Origin: an uncultured SAR116 cluster alpha proteobacterium
Lineage (GTDB): Bacteria > Pseudomonadota > Alphaproteobacteria > Puniceispirillales > Marisalimonadaceae
Length of the DNA: 64,000 bases
Direction: 5' to 3'
NCBI GenBank assembly: GCA_902514865.1
Contig: CABXSI010000001.1
Location: 228-64,227, forward strand
Part shown: in pieces, positions 50,079 through 60,584 of the stretch
Numbering within the stretch: the first letter of the stretch is position 1
Layout of the letters: each line of letters starts with the position of its first letter
Notes under the pieces: generated by a model
The model's database searches: none
The model's input: the letters and a program-made list of their open reading frames with translations, nothing else
Told to the model about the DNA's origin: nothing
Position numbers and translations under genes: made by a program

Positions 50079-50738
50079 ATGAATGTTATTTTGTTAGAAC
50101 GTATTGAAAAATTAGGGCAAATGGGTGAGTTGGTTACAGTTAAATCAGGTTTTGCTAGAAATTTTCTGCTTCCTCAAGGTAAAGCTGTATTTGCTTCAAA
50201 AGAAAATGTTAAAATGTTTGAGGAAAGAAAGTCTCAATTAGAAGGTGAAAACATTACTAGAAAAAAAGAGGCACAAAATTTAGCTGATGATGTTAGCTTT
50301 AAAGAAGTTGTTCTCATCAGAGCCGCAAGCGAATCTGGTCAATTATACGGTTCTGTCTCTGCAAAAGATATCTCTAAAGCTATTACTGAAGCTGGACTTT
50401 CAATAAATAAATCTCAGGTTGATTTAAATAAGGCTATTAAAACTTTGTCATATGAAGATATATCTATCAAATTACATCCTGAAATCTCTATAAATTTGAA
50501 ATTAAATATAGCTAGGTCTTTAGAAGAAGCCAAAGAGCAAACTAAATTGGGAAAAGCTATGATAACAACTGAAATAACTGGTGGAGACATTAGATCAGAG
50601 CGAGCTCAGAAAGATGCCAAACGATTTGATAAAAAAGATAGTCAAACAAAAACAAAAAACGAAAATGATGAAAAATTAGAAATATCAAATAGTTTGAATA
50701 ATAAACAAACTGAGGAACAAAAAAATAAAATTAGTTAA
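50079..50738 (+). CDS. rplI: 50S ribosomal protein L9
   Basis: MNVILLERIEKLG..GE.V.VK.GFARNFLLP, GQLYGSV. Confidence 0.97.
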   Translation: MNVILLERIEKLGQMGELVTVKSGFARNFLLPQGKAVFASKENVKMFEERKSQLEGENITRKKEAQNLADDVSFKEVVLIRAASESGQLYGSVSAKDISKAITEAGLSINKSQVDLNKAIKTLSYEDISIKLHPEISINLKLNIARSLEEAKEQTKLGKAMITTEITGGDIRSERAQKDAKRFDKKDSQTKTKNENDEKLEISNSLNNKQTEEQKNKIS

Positions 50739-50805
50739 TTAATTATTTATTTATATTAAATTTTAGATTATTCGATGTATCTAAAATAAATTAGAAAAAA
50801 GGGTT

Positions 50806-52314
50806 ATGGTTGATAGTCTAATTGAAAATTATACTAACTCTGAAAATCTATATTCAGACAATATTCCTAATTCTGAAAAAAAAATGCCTCAAAATCTTGA
50901 GGCTGAGCAAAGTCTCTTGGGCTCAATATTATTTGATAACAAAATTTTAGAAGATCTTCCTGCAAATTTTAATAGTCAATATTTTTTTGACCCATTACAT
51001 GCAAATATATATGATGCTTGTATATCTCTTACAGACGTTAGTCGATTGGCAGACCCCCTTACACTCAAAAATTATCTAAATAATACTGACTTAAATAAAG
51101 ATGTTGATATTGAAAAATATCTTTTGGATCTCAGAGAAGGAGTATTATCATTAAGTAAAGCAAAATTTTATGCAGAAGAAATAAAAAATTGTTATATCAG
51201 GAGGTCTTTAATAAGAATTGCTGATGAATTGATTGATAAATCAATCAATCCTAAAATTGAAATAAGTCCCGATCAAGAAATATCTGAAACTGAAGAAAAA
51301 TTATATAATTTAGCCGAAAAAGATAAAATTAATACGGGTCCAATAGATTTTAAATCTGTTTTAACAAGTGCTACTAATCAAATAAATGAAGCTTTCACTA
51401 GAAAAGGCAAGTTATCTGGTATTGACACAGGTTTTTCAGGCCTAAATCGTCAGTTAGGAGGCTTGAATAAATCTGATTTAATAGTATTGGCAGGTAGACC
51501 TGCAATGGGGAAAACTGCCTTGGCCACAAATATAGGCTTTAATGCTGCTAGAAGTAAAAATACTAGCCAAAATGACTCTATTCTAATTTTTTCTTTAGAA
51601 ATGTCAGCCGAACAATTAGCTCAAAGAATATTAGCCGAACAAACTACAATAGACTCTCATAAATTGAGAAGTGGAGATATTGATGAAAAAGAGTTTGCAA
51701 AACTTGTTGAAACACAGAATGATATTTATAACTTGCCTTTCTTTATTGACGATACACCTGCGATATCTGTTGCTCAGATTGCATCAAGAGCAAGAAGATT
51801 AAAAAGGACTCGTGGATTAGGCTTAATTATTATTGACTATATTCAATTAATCCAAGCTTCCAAAGCAAGTGAAGCTCAAGGAAGAGTTCAAGAAGTTTCG
51901 AACATTACTAGAGGATTAAAATCAATAGCTAAGGAGTTAAATGTTCCTATTCTTGCTTTATCACAACTAAGTAGGGCTGTTGAACAAAGAGAAGACAAAA
52001 GACCTATCCTTGCTGACTTAAGAGAGTCAGGTTCTATAGAGCAGGATGCTGACGTAGTTATGTTTGTTTATAGAGAAGAATATTACCTAGATAAAAGTGA
52101 GCCGTCTCAGAGAGAAAATGAAAATCAAGAAAGTTTTAATGAACGTTTTACAAAATGGCAAGATAGAAGAAACTCAGCAGAAGGAAAGGCTGAAATAATT
52201 ATTTCGAAACAAAGACACGGACCAACTGGTATAATACAAGTACAATTCGAGGCTAAATTTACTAGGTTTATGGATTTAGCTCAAGATAATAGATTGCCAG
52301 ATCAAATTTATTAG
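50806..52314 (+). CDS. dnaB: Replicative DNA helicase
   Basis: P.NLEAEQ, LAGRPAMGKT, FSLEM, IDYIQL, LSQLSR, DLRESGSIEQDAD; no intein. Confidence 0.98.
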   Translation: MVDSLIENYTNSENLYSDNIPNSEKKMPQNLEAEQSLLGSILFDNKILEDLPANFNSQYFFDPLHANIYDACISLTDVSRLADPLTLKNYLNNTDLNKDVDIEKYLLDLREGVLSLSKAKFYAEEIKNCYIRRSLIRIADELIDKSINPKIEISPDQEISETEEKLYNLAEKDKINTGPIDFKSVLTSATNQINEAFTRKGKLSGIDTGFSGLNRQLGGLNKSDLIVLAGRPAMGKTALATNIGFNAARSKNTSQNDSILIFSLEMSAEQLAQRILAEQTTIDSHKLRSGDIDEKEFAKLVETQNDIYNLPFFIDDTPAISVAQIASRARRLKRTRGLGLIIIDYIQLIQASKASEAQGRVQEVSNITRGLKSIAKELNVPILALSQLSRAVEQREDKRPILADLRESGSIEQDADVVMFVYREEYYLDKSEPSQRENENQESFNERFTKWQDRRNSAEGKAEIIISKQRHGPTGIIQVQFEAKFTRFMDLAQDNRLPDQIY

Positions 52315-52346
52315 TAAAATTGTTTAAAAATATATAATCTTTTATT

Positions 52347-53432
52347 ATGCAACCTATTCTAGAAATTTCATTAAAAGATATTAAATCAAATTGGGTTGCG
52401 CTTAACAACGCGTCTAATGGAAAAGCATCTGCTGTAATTAAGGCTAATTCATATGGTGTAGGTATGATAAAAGTAGCCAAAACTCTAATGAAAGCAGGGT
52501 GTGATTATTTTTATGTTGCAAACCTTAACGAAGGGATCCAGCTAAGAGAAGAATGCAAATCTAAAAAGGTTAAAATTGCTATTTTTGAAGGTTTTTTAAA
52601 AGGCAGTGAACAATCATATGTAGACTATAGATTAACACCTATAATTAATAATTTAGGTCAATTAATTAGGCTAAAAAAACTTATTTCTCAAGGTTACAAG
52701 ATTAAAGCGATATTAAATATTGATACAGGAATGAATAGATTAGGTTTTTGTCAAAGTGAAATTAGTTTGTTATTAAGTAACAAAGAATTATTAAACTTCA
52801 TTGAATGGGACTTTATAATGTCCCACCTCGCTAACGCTGATAAAATAAGAAATAAGGAAAACGATAAACAATTAGACAAAATATTACAATTTTCGAAAAT
52901 TATACCAAATATAAAGTTAAGCTTAGCAAATAGTGGTGGAATAATCCTTGGATCAAGGTTTTGTCTTGATCAAACAAGACCAGGCATTGGATTGTATGGG
53001 ATTGATAATTATGGAAATAATATTCAATTAAATTCTAAAAGTTTAAAATTTCCCTTAAGTTTACATGGACCTGTTATTCAAATAAGAAACGTTAATGTTG
53101 GTGAAAAAGTATCTTATGGAGGTATTGATATAACAAAAAGAAAATCCAGATTAGCTACAATTGGAATTGGTTATGCAGATGGTTGGTTAAAATTATTAAA
53201 GCCTAATAGTTCCTTCTCAATAGAGAAAAAAAAATGTAGTATTATAGGTAATGTCACAATGGATAGCTTCGTTTTAGATGTCACTAACTTAAAAGAAAGA
53301 TTATTAAAAGAAGGTGAATATTTATGTTTGCTGGATAATACTAACATTAAAAATATTCTTAATAAGTTAGATTTAATCAGCTATGAACTCTTAACACTTT
53401 TTGGCAACCGCTTGTTAAGAAAATATAAGTAG
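52347..53432 (+). CDS. alr: Alanine racemase
   Basis: AVIKANSYG PLP lysine, DTGMNRLG, MSHLA, RPGIGLYG, GYADG. Confidence 0.93.
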   Translation: MQPILEISLKDIKSNWVALNNASNGKASAVIKANSYGVGMIKVAKTLMKAGCDYFYVANLNEGIQLREECKSKKVKIAIFEGFLKGSEQSYVDYRLTPIINNLGQLIRLKKLISQGYKIKAILNIDTGMNRLGFCQSEISLLLSNKELLNFIEWDFIMSHLANADKIRNKENDKQLDKILQFSKIIPNIKLSLANSGGIILGSRFCLDQTRPGIGLYGIDNYGNNIQLNSKSLKFPLSLHGPVIQIRNVNVGEKVSYGGIDITKRKSRLATIGIGYADGWLKLLKPNSSFSIEKKKCSIIGNVTMDSFVLDVTNLKERLLKEGEYLCLLDNTNIKNILNKLDLISYELLTLFGNRLLRKYK

Positions 53433-53457
53433 TTAGTAATTTGATAAAGGTAGATTA

Positions 53458-54249
53458 GTGAATTTGATTAATTCGATATTTAAAATTTGTGGTACTACAG
53501 GTCGAAAGTTTTTAAAATTTTTATCTAACGTTGGCCATTTCTTTATTTTTTTTATAACTGCAATTTTTTGGATATTTAGACCACCATGGTATTTTAAGAA
53601 AATATTTTATCAAATCATAGATATTGGTTATTTTTCTTTACCTGTAGTTGGTCTCACCACATTTTTCTCCGGTATGGTTTTAGCTCTCCAAACTTATAAT
53701 GGTTTTAGTGAACTAAATAATGAAACAACAGTGGCGAGAGTTGTATTAACCTCAATCACAAGAGAGTTAGGGCCTGTTTTAACGGGTCTGATGGTTGCGG
53801 GACGAATTGGAGCTAAAATGGCAGCGGAAATAGCTACAATGAGGGTAACTGAGCAAATAGACGCATTGGGTACTCTTGGCACAAGACCCATGCAATATTT
53901 AATTGCACCAAAAATTATTGCCTCATTAATTTGTATTCCAGTTTTAGTACTTCTAGGTAATACAATTGGTATTTTAGGAGGATATGTAATAGCAATTTTT
54001 AAATTAGAATTTAATCCAAGCATCTATCTGTATGCTACTGTAGAATATTTACAGTGGATAGATATTATTCAAGGTACAGTTAAAGCTGTACTTTTTGGAT
54101 TAATAATATCAATGGTAAGTTGTTATTTTGGTTTTAATGCAACCAAAGGAGCGGAAGGAGTTGGGTATGCTACAACAGCATCTGTAGTAATTTCATCAGT
54201 AATGATTTTAACAAGCACTTATATTATAACAGCTTTATTTTTTGGTTAA
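53458..54249 (+). CDS. mlaE: MlaE-family ABC permease
   Basis: GMVLALQ, RELGPVLTGLMVAGR.G, EIATMRVTEQIDAL. Confidence 0.93.
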   Translation: MNLINSIFKICGTTGRKFLKFLSNVGHFFIFFITAIFWIFRPPWYFKKIFYQIIDIGYFSLPVVGLTTFFSGMVLALQTYNGFSELNNETTVARVVLTSITRELGPVLTGLMVAGRIGAKMAAEIATMRVTEQIDALGTLGTRPMQYLIAPKIIASLICIPVLVLLGNTIGILGGYVIAIFKLEFNPSIYLYATVEYLQWIDIIQGTVKAVLFGLIISMVSCYFGFNATKGAEGVGYATTASVVISSVMILTSTYIITALFFG

Positions 54250-54251
54250 GA

Positions 54252-55022
54252 ATGGACATTAAATTAAACAACAAGATAATAATTGAAGTTAAAAACCTTA
54301 CAAAAAGTTTTAATGAAACTATGGTTTTGAATGATATAAATTTTAAACTATTTGAAGGTGAGACACTGGCTATAATAGGCGCCTCAGGATCTGGTAAGTC
54401 GGTACTTCTAAAGAACATCATTGGTTTATTATCACCAGACAAAGGTTCTATTAAAATAAATAATGTAGAAATGGTAGATTTGAAAAGATCTATAAAAGAA
54501 AAAGTTTTACTAGATTTAGGGATAACATTTCAACATGGTGCTTTATTTGATTCTTTACAAAATTGGGAAAATATTGTTTTCAAAGTTAAAAACAAAGAAA
54601 AACTTACTGATAAAAATGCTAAAGAATTAGCATTATCAATAATAAAACGTTTAGGCTTAAACTCTGAAATTTTAGACCTTTATCCCTCAGAAATTTCTGG
54701 AGGAATGCAGAAAAGAGTTGCAATAGCTAGAGCTATATGTGGAAATCCGAAGGTACTATTATTTGATGAACCTACATCTGGCTTGGATCCTGTAACTGGT
54801 AGCTTAATTGACAAATTAATTAAATCTGCTGTTAAAACAGTTGGTGGAAGTGCAATTACAATTACTCATGATATGGCATCAGTGTGCAAAGTTGCTGATA
54901 AAGTCATTTTAATTGATAAGCAAACTATTTCATGGTCAGGAACACCTAAGGAAATGTTAAAGTCTGATAATGCACAGATAAAAGACTTTATTAAATCAAC
55001 AAATCCTAAGCTATTCATTTAA
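54252..55022 (+). CDS. mlaF: MlaF-family ABC ATPase
   Basis: GASGSGKS, FQHGALFDSL, ISGGMQKRVAIARA, DEPTSGLDP. Confidence 0.92.
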   Translation: MDIKLNNKIIIEVKNLTKSFNETMVLNDINFKLFEGETLAIIGASGSGKSVLLKNIIGLLSPDKGSIKINNVEMVDLKRSIKEKVLLDLGITFQHGALFDSLQNWENIVFKVKNKEKLTDKNAKELALSIIKRLGLNSEILDLYPSEISGGMQKRVAIARAICGNPKVLLFDEPTSGLDPVTGSLIDKLIKSAVKTVGGSAITITHDMASVCKVADKVILIDKQTISWSGTPKEMLKSDNAQIKDFIKSTNPKLFI

Positions 55023-56398
55023 TGGCAAGATCAAATAAACAATATATATGTCAATCATGTGGTTCAGTTTATTCAAAGTGGATTGGTAAGTGTGAACAAT
55101 GTAATAAATGGAACACTTTATTAGAAGAAAAAAACTCAAAACCATCTGGTATTTTATCTAAATCAAATGGACAAACTATTAGTTTTGAATATTTAAAAAA
55201 TGAAACATATGATCATTCAAGAATTACGTCAAATTTAAGTGAGGTAGATCGAGTTATTGGTGGCGGGTTTGTGCCTGGATCAATAACCCTAATTGGGGGC
55301 GACCCTGGTATTGGAAAATCAACATTATTGTTACAACTAGTTGGTAATTTATCAAAACTTAAACAGGAATGTATATACATTTCCGGTGAAGAAAGTTTAT
55401 CTCAAATAAAAATGCGAGCAGATCGACTAGGTATAAAAAACAATGAAATTAGGTTTGCATCTGTAACAAATGCCTCTGATATTGCTGCAACAATAAGTTC
55501 TGTTGGGAAAAGAAATATATTAGTAATTGATTCTATTCAAACTATGTATTTACCACAATTAGATAGCTCGCCAGGAACTGTGTCACAAGTAAGAGCGTGC
55601 ACGCATGAATTAATTATTGCCGCAAAAAAAACAGACTCTATTCTAATTTTAATTGGACACGTAACCAAAGACGGTTCAATTGCTGGGCCTCGTGTTTTAG
55701 AACATATGGTCGATACAGTTTTATATTTTGATGGAGATAATAATTTTCAGTATAGAATTTTAAGAAGTATTAAAAATAGATTTGGGCCTACGAACGAAAT
55801 AGGTGTTTTTGAAATGTTGAGAGATGGGCTTAAAGAAATAAAAAACCCTTCGGCTTTATTTTTATCAGATAGACAAAAAAATATATCTGGAACTGCAATT
55901 TTTGCTGGTTTGGAAGGAACCAGACCAATTTTAGTAGAAGTACAAGCGTTGGTAACTCCATCAACGCTTGTCTCTCCAAGAAGAACTATTGTCGGATGGG
56001 ATATATCTAGGCTTTCAATGTTATGTGCAGTACTCGAAGCAAGATGCAAAATCCACTTATCAAATATGGATATTTTTCTCAATGTTGCCGGTGGTATTAG
56101 AATTTATGAACCAGCAGCTGATTTAGCTGTTGCAGCATCAATTATTTCGTCCGTGAAAAATGTTCCTTTATCTTTTTCTGGTATTTTTTTTGGAGAAGTT
56201 GGTCTTTCAGGTGAAATTAGAAAAGTAAATCAGCCAGAAGTGAGAATTAAAGAAGCATTAAAACTAGGCTTCAATCAAATTTACTTACCTAATAAAGAGA
56301 AAGTTATATTAGAAAAAAATATAAAATATAACTCTATTAGTCTATTAAATAATTTAGTAGATTTAATTTATAAAGATACTATGAATGATTCGACCTAA
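55022..56398 (+). CDS. radA: DNA repair protein RadA/Sms
   Basis: C4 Zn finger, GGDPGIGKS, KNRFG motif, Lon-like C-terminus. Confidence 0.97.
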   Translation: MARSNKQYICQSCGSVYSKWIGKCEQCNKWNTLLEEKNSKPSGILSKSNGQTISFEYLKNETYDHSRITSNLSEVDRVIGGGFVPGSITLIGGDPGIGKSTLLLQLVGNLSKLKQECIYISGEESLSQIKMRADRLGIKNNEIRFASVTNASDIAATISSVGKRNILVIDSIQTMYLPQLDSSPGTVSQVRACTHELIIAAKKTDSILILIGHVTKDGSIAGPRVLEHMVDTVLYFDGDNNFQYRILRSIKNRFGPTNEIGVFEMLRDGLKEIKNPSALFLSDRQKNISGTAIFAGLEGTRPILVEVQALVTPSTLVSPRRTIVGWDISRLSMLCAVLEARCKIHLSNMDIFLNVAGGIRIYEPAADLAVAASIISSVKNVPLSFSGIFFGEVGLSGEIRKVNQPEVRIKEALKLGFNQIYLPNKEKVILEKNIKYNSISLLNNLVDLIYKDTMNDST

Positions 56399-56952
56399 TG
56401 GAAATTTTGCATAACATCTACTTTAATATAATTGATATATTTATTTTAATTATTATTCTTACTTCTTGTATCGTAGCTGCATTTAGAGGTTTTATAAAAG
56501 AAATTTTTAGTATACTTTCTTGGATATTTTCTTTATTTGTAGCTTATAATTTCTTTGAAAAATTTAAATTTGAGCTTGTAAAATATATATCTCAAAAGTT
56601 AGTAGTTGATGTCATTGCATTTAGCTTTCCTTTTTTTGCAACCTTATTTATTTCACACCTGATTTCAAAATGGTTATCACCAAAATTTAATTTTTCTGAA
56701 ATTTTATTTTTGGATAAAGTTTTTGGATTTCTATTTGGTGCTTTAAGAGGAGCATTAATAGTTATTTTATTTTATCTTGGATTTCTTTACTTAATTGGGA
56801 AAGAAAGAAAATTACCAGATTTAATTTTAGAAGCTTATAGTTATCAATGTTTAAAGGATACTACTGATGCTTTAAGTATTTATTTTATTGAAAAATTTAA
56901 GCCAGCAGAAAATAAGAATAAAAAAAAAGATATACAAGAGAATAAACTTTAG
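56398..56952 (+). CDS. cvpA: CvpA family membrane protein
   Basis: D...........RGFIKE..S..SW, LDKVFGFLFGALRG; between radA and purF. Confidence 0.9.
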   Translation: MEILHNIYFNIIDIFILIIILTSCIVAAFRGFIKEIFSILSWIFSLFVAYNFFEKFKFELVKYISQKLVVDVIAFSFPFFATLFISHLISKWLSPKFNFSEILFLDKVFGFLFGALRGALIVILFYLGFLYLIGKERKLPDLILEAYSYQCLKDTTDALSIYFIEKFKPAENKNKKKDIQENKL

Positions 56953-56958
56953 GGATTT

Positions 56959-58386
56959 GTGATGTATTGTGAAGTTACCGACCGATATAAAGATGAATGT
57001 GGCGTATTTGGTATATTTGGGACCGAGGAAGCTTCTGTATTAACAACTTTAGGACTTCATTCTCTGCAACATAGAGGCCAAGAGGGTGCTGGAATAGTTA
57101 GTTTTGACGGTGATAACTTTCACTCAGTACGCAAGCAAGGGTTAGTTGGTGATAATTTCAATAACACCAATATATTATCTCAACTTCCTGGAAAAACAGC
57201 AATTGGTCATGTAAGGTATTCTACGACTGGAGAATCCAAGCCCGAAAATTTGCAACCATTATTTGCAAATTTAGCAATTGGTGGCTTTGCATGTGCGCAT
57301 AATGGTAATTTAACCAATACATATTCGATTAAAAAAAAGTTAGTTGAAAGTGGGTCTATTTTTCAAACATCATCTGACACAGAAATTATTTTACAATTAG
57401 TTGCAAGATCGAAAAAGAAAAAACTTATTGATAAATTAATAGACGCTCTAAAACAAATTAAAGGTGCTTATTCTCTTATAATACTTACTAACAAAAAGCT
57501 GATTGGAGTAAGAGATCCATTTGGAATAAGGCCTTTAGTTTTAGGTGAAAAAGATGGTTCTCCTGTGCTAGCTTCAGAAACTTGTGCTCTTGATATGATT
57601 GGAGCCAAATACATAAGAGATGTCGAAAATGGTGAGATTATTATAATTACAGAAAATAGTATGGAATCAATTAAACCCTTTAAAAGGGTTCCTGAAAGGC
57701 CATGTATTTTTGAAAGAATTTATTTTGCAAGCCCAGATAGTATAGTCGGGGAAAAGACAGTATACACTTACAGAAAATCTCTAGGTGAGCAACTAGCAAA
57801 AGAAAATAGTATTACGGCAGATGTGGTTGTTCCCATTCCAGACTCAGGTGTTTCTGCTGCAATAGGTTTTTCTCAGAAATCTTCTATACCATTTGAACTA
57901 GGCATTATTAGAAGTCATTATGTAGGCCGAACATTTATAGAGCCTTCACAAACAATAAGACAATTTGGGGTTAAACTTAAACATAGTGTTAATAAATCTT
58001 GCATAGAAAATAAAAAAGTTATTCTCATTGATGATTCAATAGTTAGAGGAACTACTGCAAGCAAAATTGTTAAAATGGTTTATGAGGCTGGAGCAAAAGA
58101 AGTTCATTTGGGAATTTCATGCCCCCCGATTATACATCCTGATTTCTATGGAATAGATACGCCAAACTATAATGAACTAATTGCATCACAGTCTGATTTA
58201 AATGAAATGACTAAACTTGTTGGAGCGAAATCTTTGTTTTTTTTATCTTTAGCTGGAACTTATAAAGCGATGGGATGTGACAAAAGAGACCCTAAAACAC
58301 CTCAATTTACTGATCATTGTTTTACAGGAGAGTATCCAATAAATGTTTCTGAAATTTTAGAAATAAATAAAAAAATTAATGAATAG
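56959..58386 (+). CDS. purF: Amidophosphoribosyltransferase
   Basis: Propeptide then CGVFG, LQHRGQE, GHVRYST, HNGN, DDSIVRGTT. Confidence 0.97.
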   Translation: MMYCEVTDRYKDECGVFGIFGTEEASVLTTLGLHSLQHRGQEGAGIVSFDGDNFHSVRKQGLVGDNFNNTNILSQLPGKTAIGHVRYSTTGESKPENLQPLFANLAIGGFACAHNGNLTNTYSIKKKLVESGSIFQTSSDTEIILQLVARSKKKKLIDKLIDALKQIKGAYSLIILTNKKLIGVRDPFGIRPLVLGEKDGSPVLASETCALDMIGAKYIRDVENGEIIIITENSMESIKPFKRVPERPCIFERIYFASPDSIVGEKTVYTYRKSLGEQLAKENSITADVVVPIPDSGVSAAIGFSQKSSIPFELGIIRSHYVGRTFIEPSQTIRQFGVKLKHSVNKSCIENKKVILIDDSIVRGTTASKIVKMVYEAGAKEVHLGISCPPIIHPDFYGIDTPNYNELIASQSDLNEMTKLVGAKSLFFLSLAGTYKAMGCDKRDPKTPQFTDHCFTGEYPINVSEILEINKKINE

Positions 58387-59116
58387 AGATAAACAAATTG
58401 CCTTAATCACTGGTGCAAGTAGTGGTATTGGTGCTGAGATTGCGAAACAGCTAGCAAAGAAAAATGTTCACACTATACTAACTGCTAGATCTGCATCAAG
58501 ATTAATAAAAACTGAGAAATCTATTATCGATAATGGAGGTACTTGTACTTTAGTTGAATTAGATATGAAAGATTTGAAAGGTTTAGATAATCTCGGAATA
58601 AAGATTTTTAAACGTTGGGGAAAATTAGATATTTTGGTCGCTAACGCCGCTGTCCTTGGTACCTTAGGACCTATACACCATCAAAGTAGTGATGAATTCT
58701 TAGAAGTAATGATGGTTAATACAATAAGCAATCATAGATTAATACGTTCTTGTGACGCACTATTAAAAAAAAGTCATAAGCCCAAAGCTTGTTTTTTAAC
58801 TTCTACTGTTGCTATTGATCCTAAGCCATTTTGGGGAGCATATGCAGTATCTAAAGCTTCTCTAGAACATATGATTAAAATATGGTCAGCTGAAAATAAG
58901 CATAATAATTTATCTATATTCACTATAAATCCAGGTAAAACTAACACAAAAATGAGAAATAAAGCGATGCCTGGAGAAGATACAAAAAAACTTCAAAAAC
59001 CAAGTGAGGTAGCAAAAGTTATAATACAAATAATTTTTCTAGATACACACTATAAAGGTGATACGATAGACATAATGAAATTAAATCAATCTTCTAATGA
59101 AACAGGTTCAAGATAG
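58379..59116 (+). CDS. SDR oxidoreductase (YciK-like)
   Basis: ITGASSGIG, ANAAVLG, WGAYAVSKA, NPG.T.T.MR..AMPGED. Confidence 0.88.
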   Translation: MNRDKQIALITGASSGIGAEIAKQLAKKNVHTILTARSASRLIKTEKSIIDNGGTCTLVELDMKDLKGLDNLGIKIFKRWGKLDILVANAAVLGTLGPIHHQSSDEFLEVMMVNTISNHRLIRSCDALLKKSHKPKACFLTSTVAIDPKPFWGAYAVSKASLEHMIKIWSAENKHNNLSIFTINPGKTNTKMRNKAMPGEDTKKLQKPSEVAKVIIQIIFLDTHYKGDTIDIMKLNQSSNETGSR

Positions 59117-59793
59117 GAATAATAAAAATCTACCTTATCATCAAATCGTCTAGCTGTCTCTTGGGCTTCTTTTTCACTTATTGCACAAAAACTCAAACTT
59201 AATCTGTAATTATGCATCCTATAAAAAAATCTTAAAATATCAATCTGACTATTCCCAACGTGCCATGACTTTAATACCCAACCAATAAAAAATAACCATG
59301 GGGAAATCATTAAAAGGAACCAATAAAAAACTAGAGAAATAAATAAAAATGTCCATAGTCTATTTTGTAACATCCACAATGGTGGAGCAAGACTTGCAAG
59401 TATTGTAGGAAAAGTATTTAGAAGTATAGATGTTTTTCGAGGTTTTTTATAAACTTCAAATTGAAAATAAAAATCATCTTGATTAAAGTAATCATTTGGA
59501 TTTAATTTTTTTAAATCTGGTATTGTATTAGAATTAACACTTTCGCAAATAACTCCTAAAGAACCATAAACAAAAGTATTAAAAAAAACTCCATCTCTAT
59601 ATAAAGTTAGAATTTTTTTGTGTTCAATTTTATTTAACTCTTTCGATAAATCATCATAATTTTTATTAACTATCAATCCATCAAGCGCTATAATAATATC
59701 TCCTTCTTCTAACCTCATAACAAATGCATTAGAAGAAGTTCTTATGGATTTAATTTGTAAAAAGTCTTTTTCAGTCTCAATTTCTTCATTCAT
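59086..59793 (-). CDS. Hypothetical membrane protein: PDZ-like N-terminus plus DUF2628-like membrane region
   Basis: I.SI...S.A....LEEGDIIIALDG..V...LTLYRDG resembles PDZ; LAPPLWMLQNRLW followed by hydrophobic helices. Confidence 0.55.
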   Translation of the reverse strand: MNEEIETEKDFLQIKSIRTSSNAFVMRLEEGDIIIALDGLIVNKNYDDLSKELNKIEHKKILTLYRDGVFFNTFVYGSLGVICESVNSNTIPDLKKLNPNDYFNQDDFYFQFEVYKKPRKTSILLNTFPTILASLAPPLWMLQNRLWTFLFISLVFYWFLLMISPWLFFIGWVLKSWHVGNSQIDILRFFYRMHNYRLSLSFCAISEKEAQETARRFDDKVDFYYSYLEPVSLED

Positions 59794-59826
59794 ATAATCA
59801 AACTCACAAAAAATAATTTTTTAATA

Positions 59827-60540
59827 TTATGGATATTTAATTCTACTCGTTTTATCTGCAATCTTTCCTAAAACATTATTATTTTGCTTAACAAGTTTAG
59901 AAATTTGTTGTGCTTGAATAGCTTGATTAGCTACTATCTGCTTATATATAGCTTTATTACTTATTTGCTGAATAGCTTTGGAAATGGTTTTACTGTTTGA
60001 GCGATTAAGTTTTTCTAAATCTGCACTAAGTTTTTTGTTATTTTCAATACTAATTTTAGAATTTTTACTCAACTCATTTATCAAAGTATTTGTAATTAAT
60101 TGTAATTCACCAATAGTATTTTCATTAGATTTTTCGACACGCTTTTCAATCTTATCAAGATTAGCTACCAGTTTTTCATTAACCACTAATAAATCGCCCT
60201 GTTTCTTTATAGCTTCATCAAGATTTTTTAATGATGCATTAACGCCGTCTACATTTTCTGCAAAAACGACTAAAGCCTCTCTACTAGTTTCAGTCATGTT
60301 GGTCAATTTGTCAGATGATTGCATAAATAAAAATGCGCTTACAGTTATAACAACTAAGCCAGAAATAATAGATGATAAAAATACAACAGTAGTATATTTA
60401 TGAATTTGTTTCACTTTAGCCTCCAATAATGTGTGAGCTTTTTTAACTTTATTATATTCTGATGTTACGTCAGTAGCCGCATCAGCTGCATCTAAAGCTA
60501 ATTTAATACTTTCTTGTACAGCTTCCATTTTAGTATCCAT
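59827..60540 (-). CDS. Hypothetical single-TM coiled-coil protein
   Basis: 237-aa ORF; hydrophobic span VVFLSSIISGLVVITVSAFLF flanked by heptad-rich helices. Confidence 0.65.
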   Translation of the reverse strand: MDTKMEAVQESIKLALDAADAATDVTSEYNKVKKAHTLLEAKVKQIHKYTTVVFLSSIISGLVVITVSAFLFMQSSDKLTNMTETSREALVVFAENVDGVNASLKNLDEAIKKQGDLLVVNEKLVANLDKIEKRVEKSNENTIGELQLITNTLINELSKNSKISIENNKKLSADLEKLNRSNSKTISKAIQQISNKAIYKQIVANQAIQAQQISKLVKQNNNVLGKIADKTSRIKYP

Positions 60541-60584
60541 TTTATAAATCCTATAAAACTATTAAAATTGTCTAAACATGATAA

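Noticed and set aside
50520-50738. Long charged C-terminal tail on L9
   Set aside because: Extended L9 tails are ordinary in alphaproteobacteria.
50806-52314. Intein in DnaB
   Set aside because: Length and motif spacing are normal; no intein blocks.
53458-55022. mlaEF without mlaD/mlaC
   Set aside because: alr-mlaEF-radA linkage with the other mla genes elsewhere is a usual alphaproteobacterial arrangement.
56959-58386. PurF lacking some Fe-S cysteines (PDFYG, TDHCF)
   Set aside because: As I recall, this variant is common among alphaproteobacterial PurF proteins.
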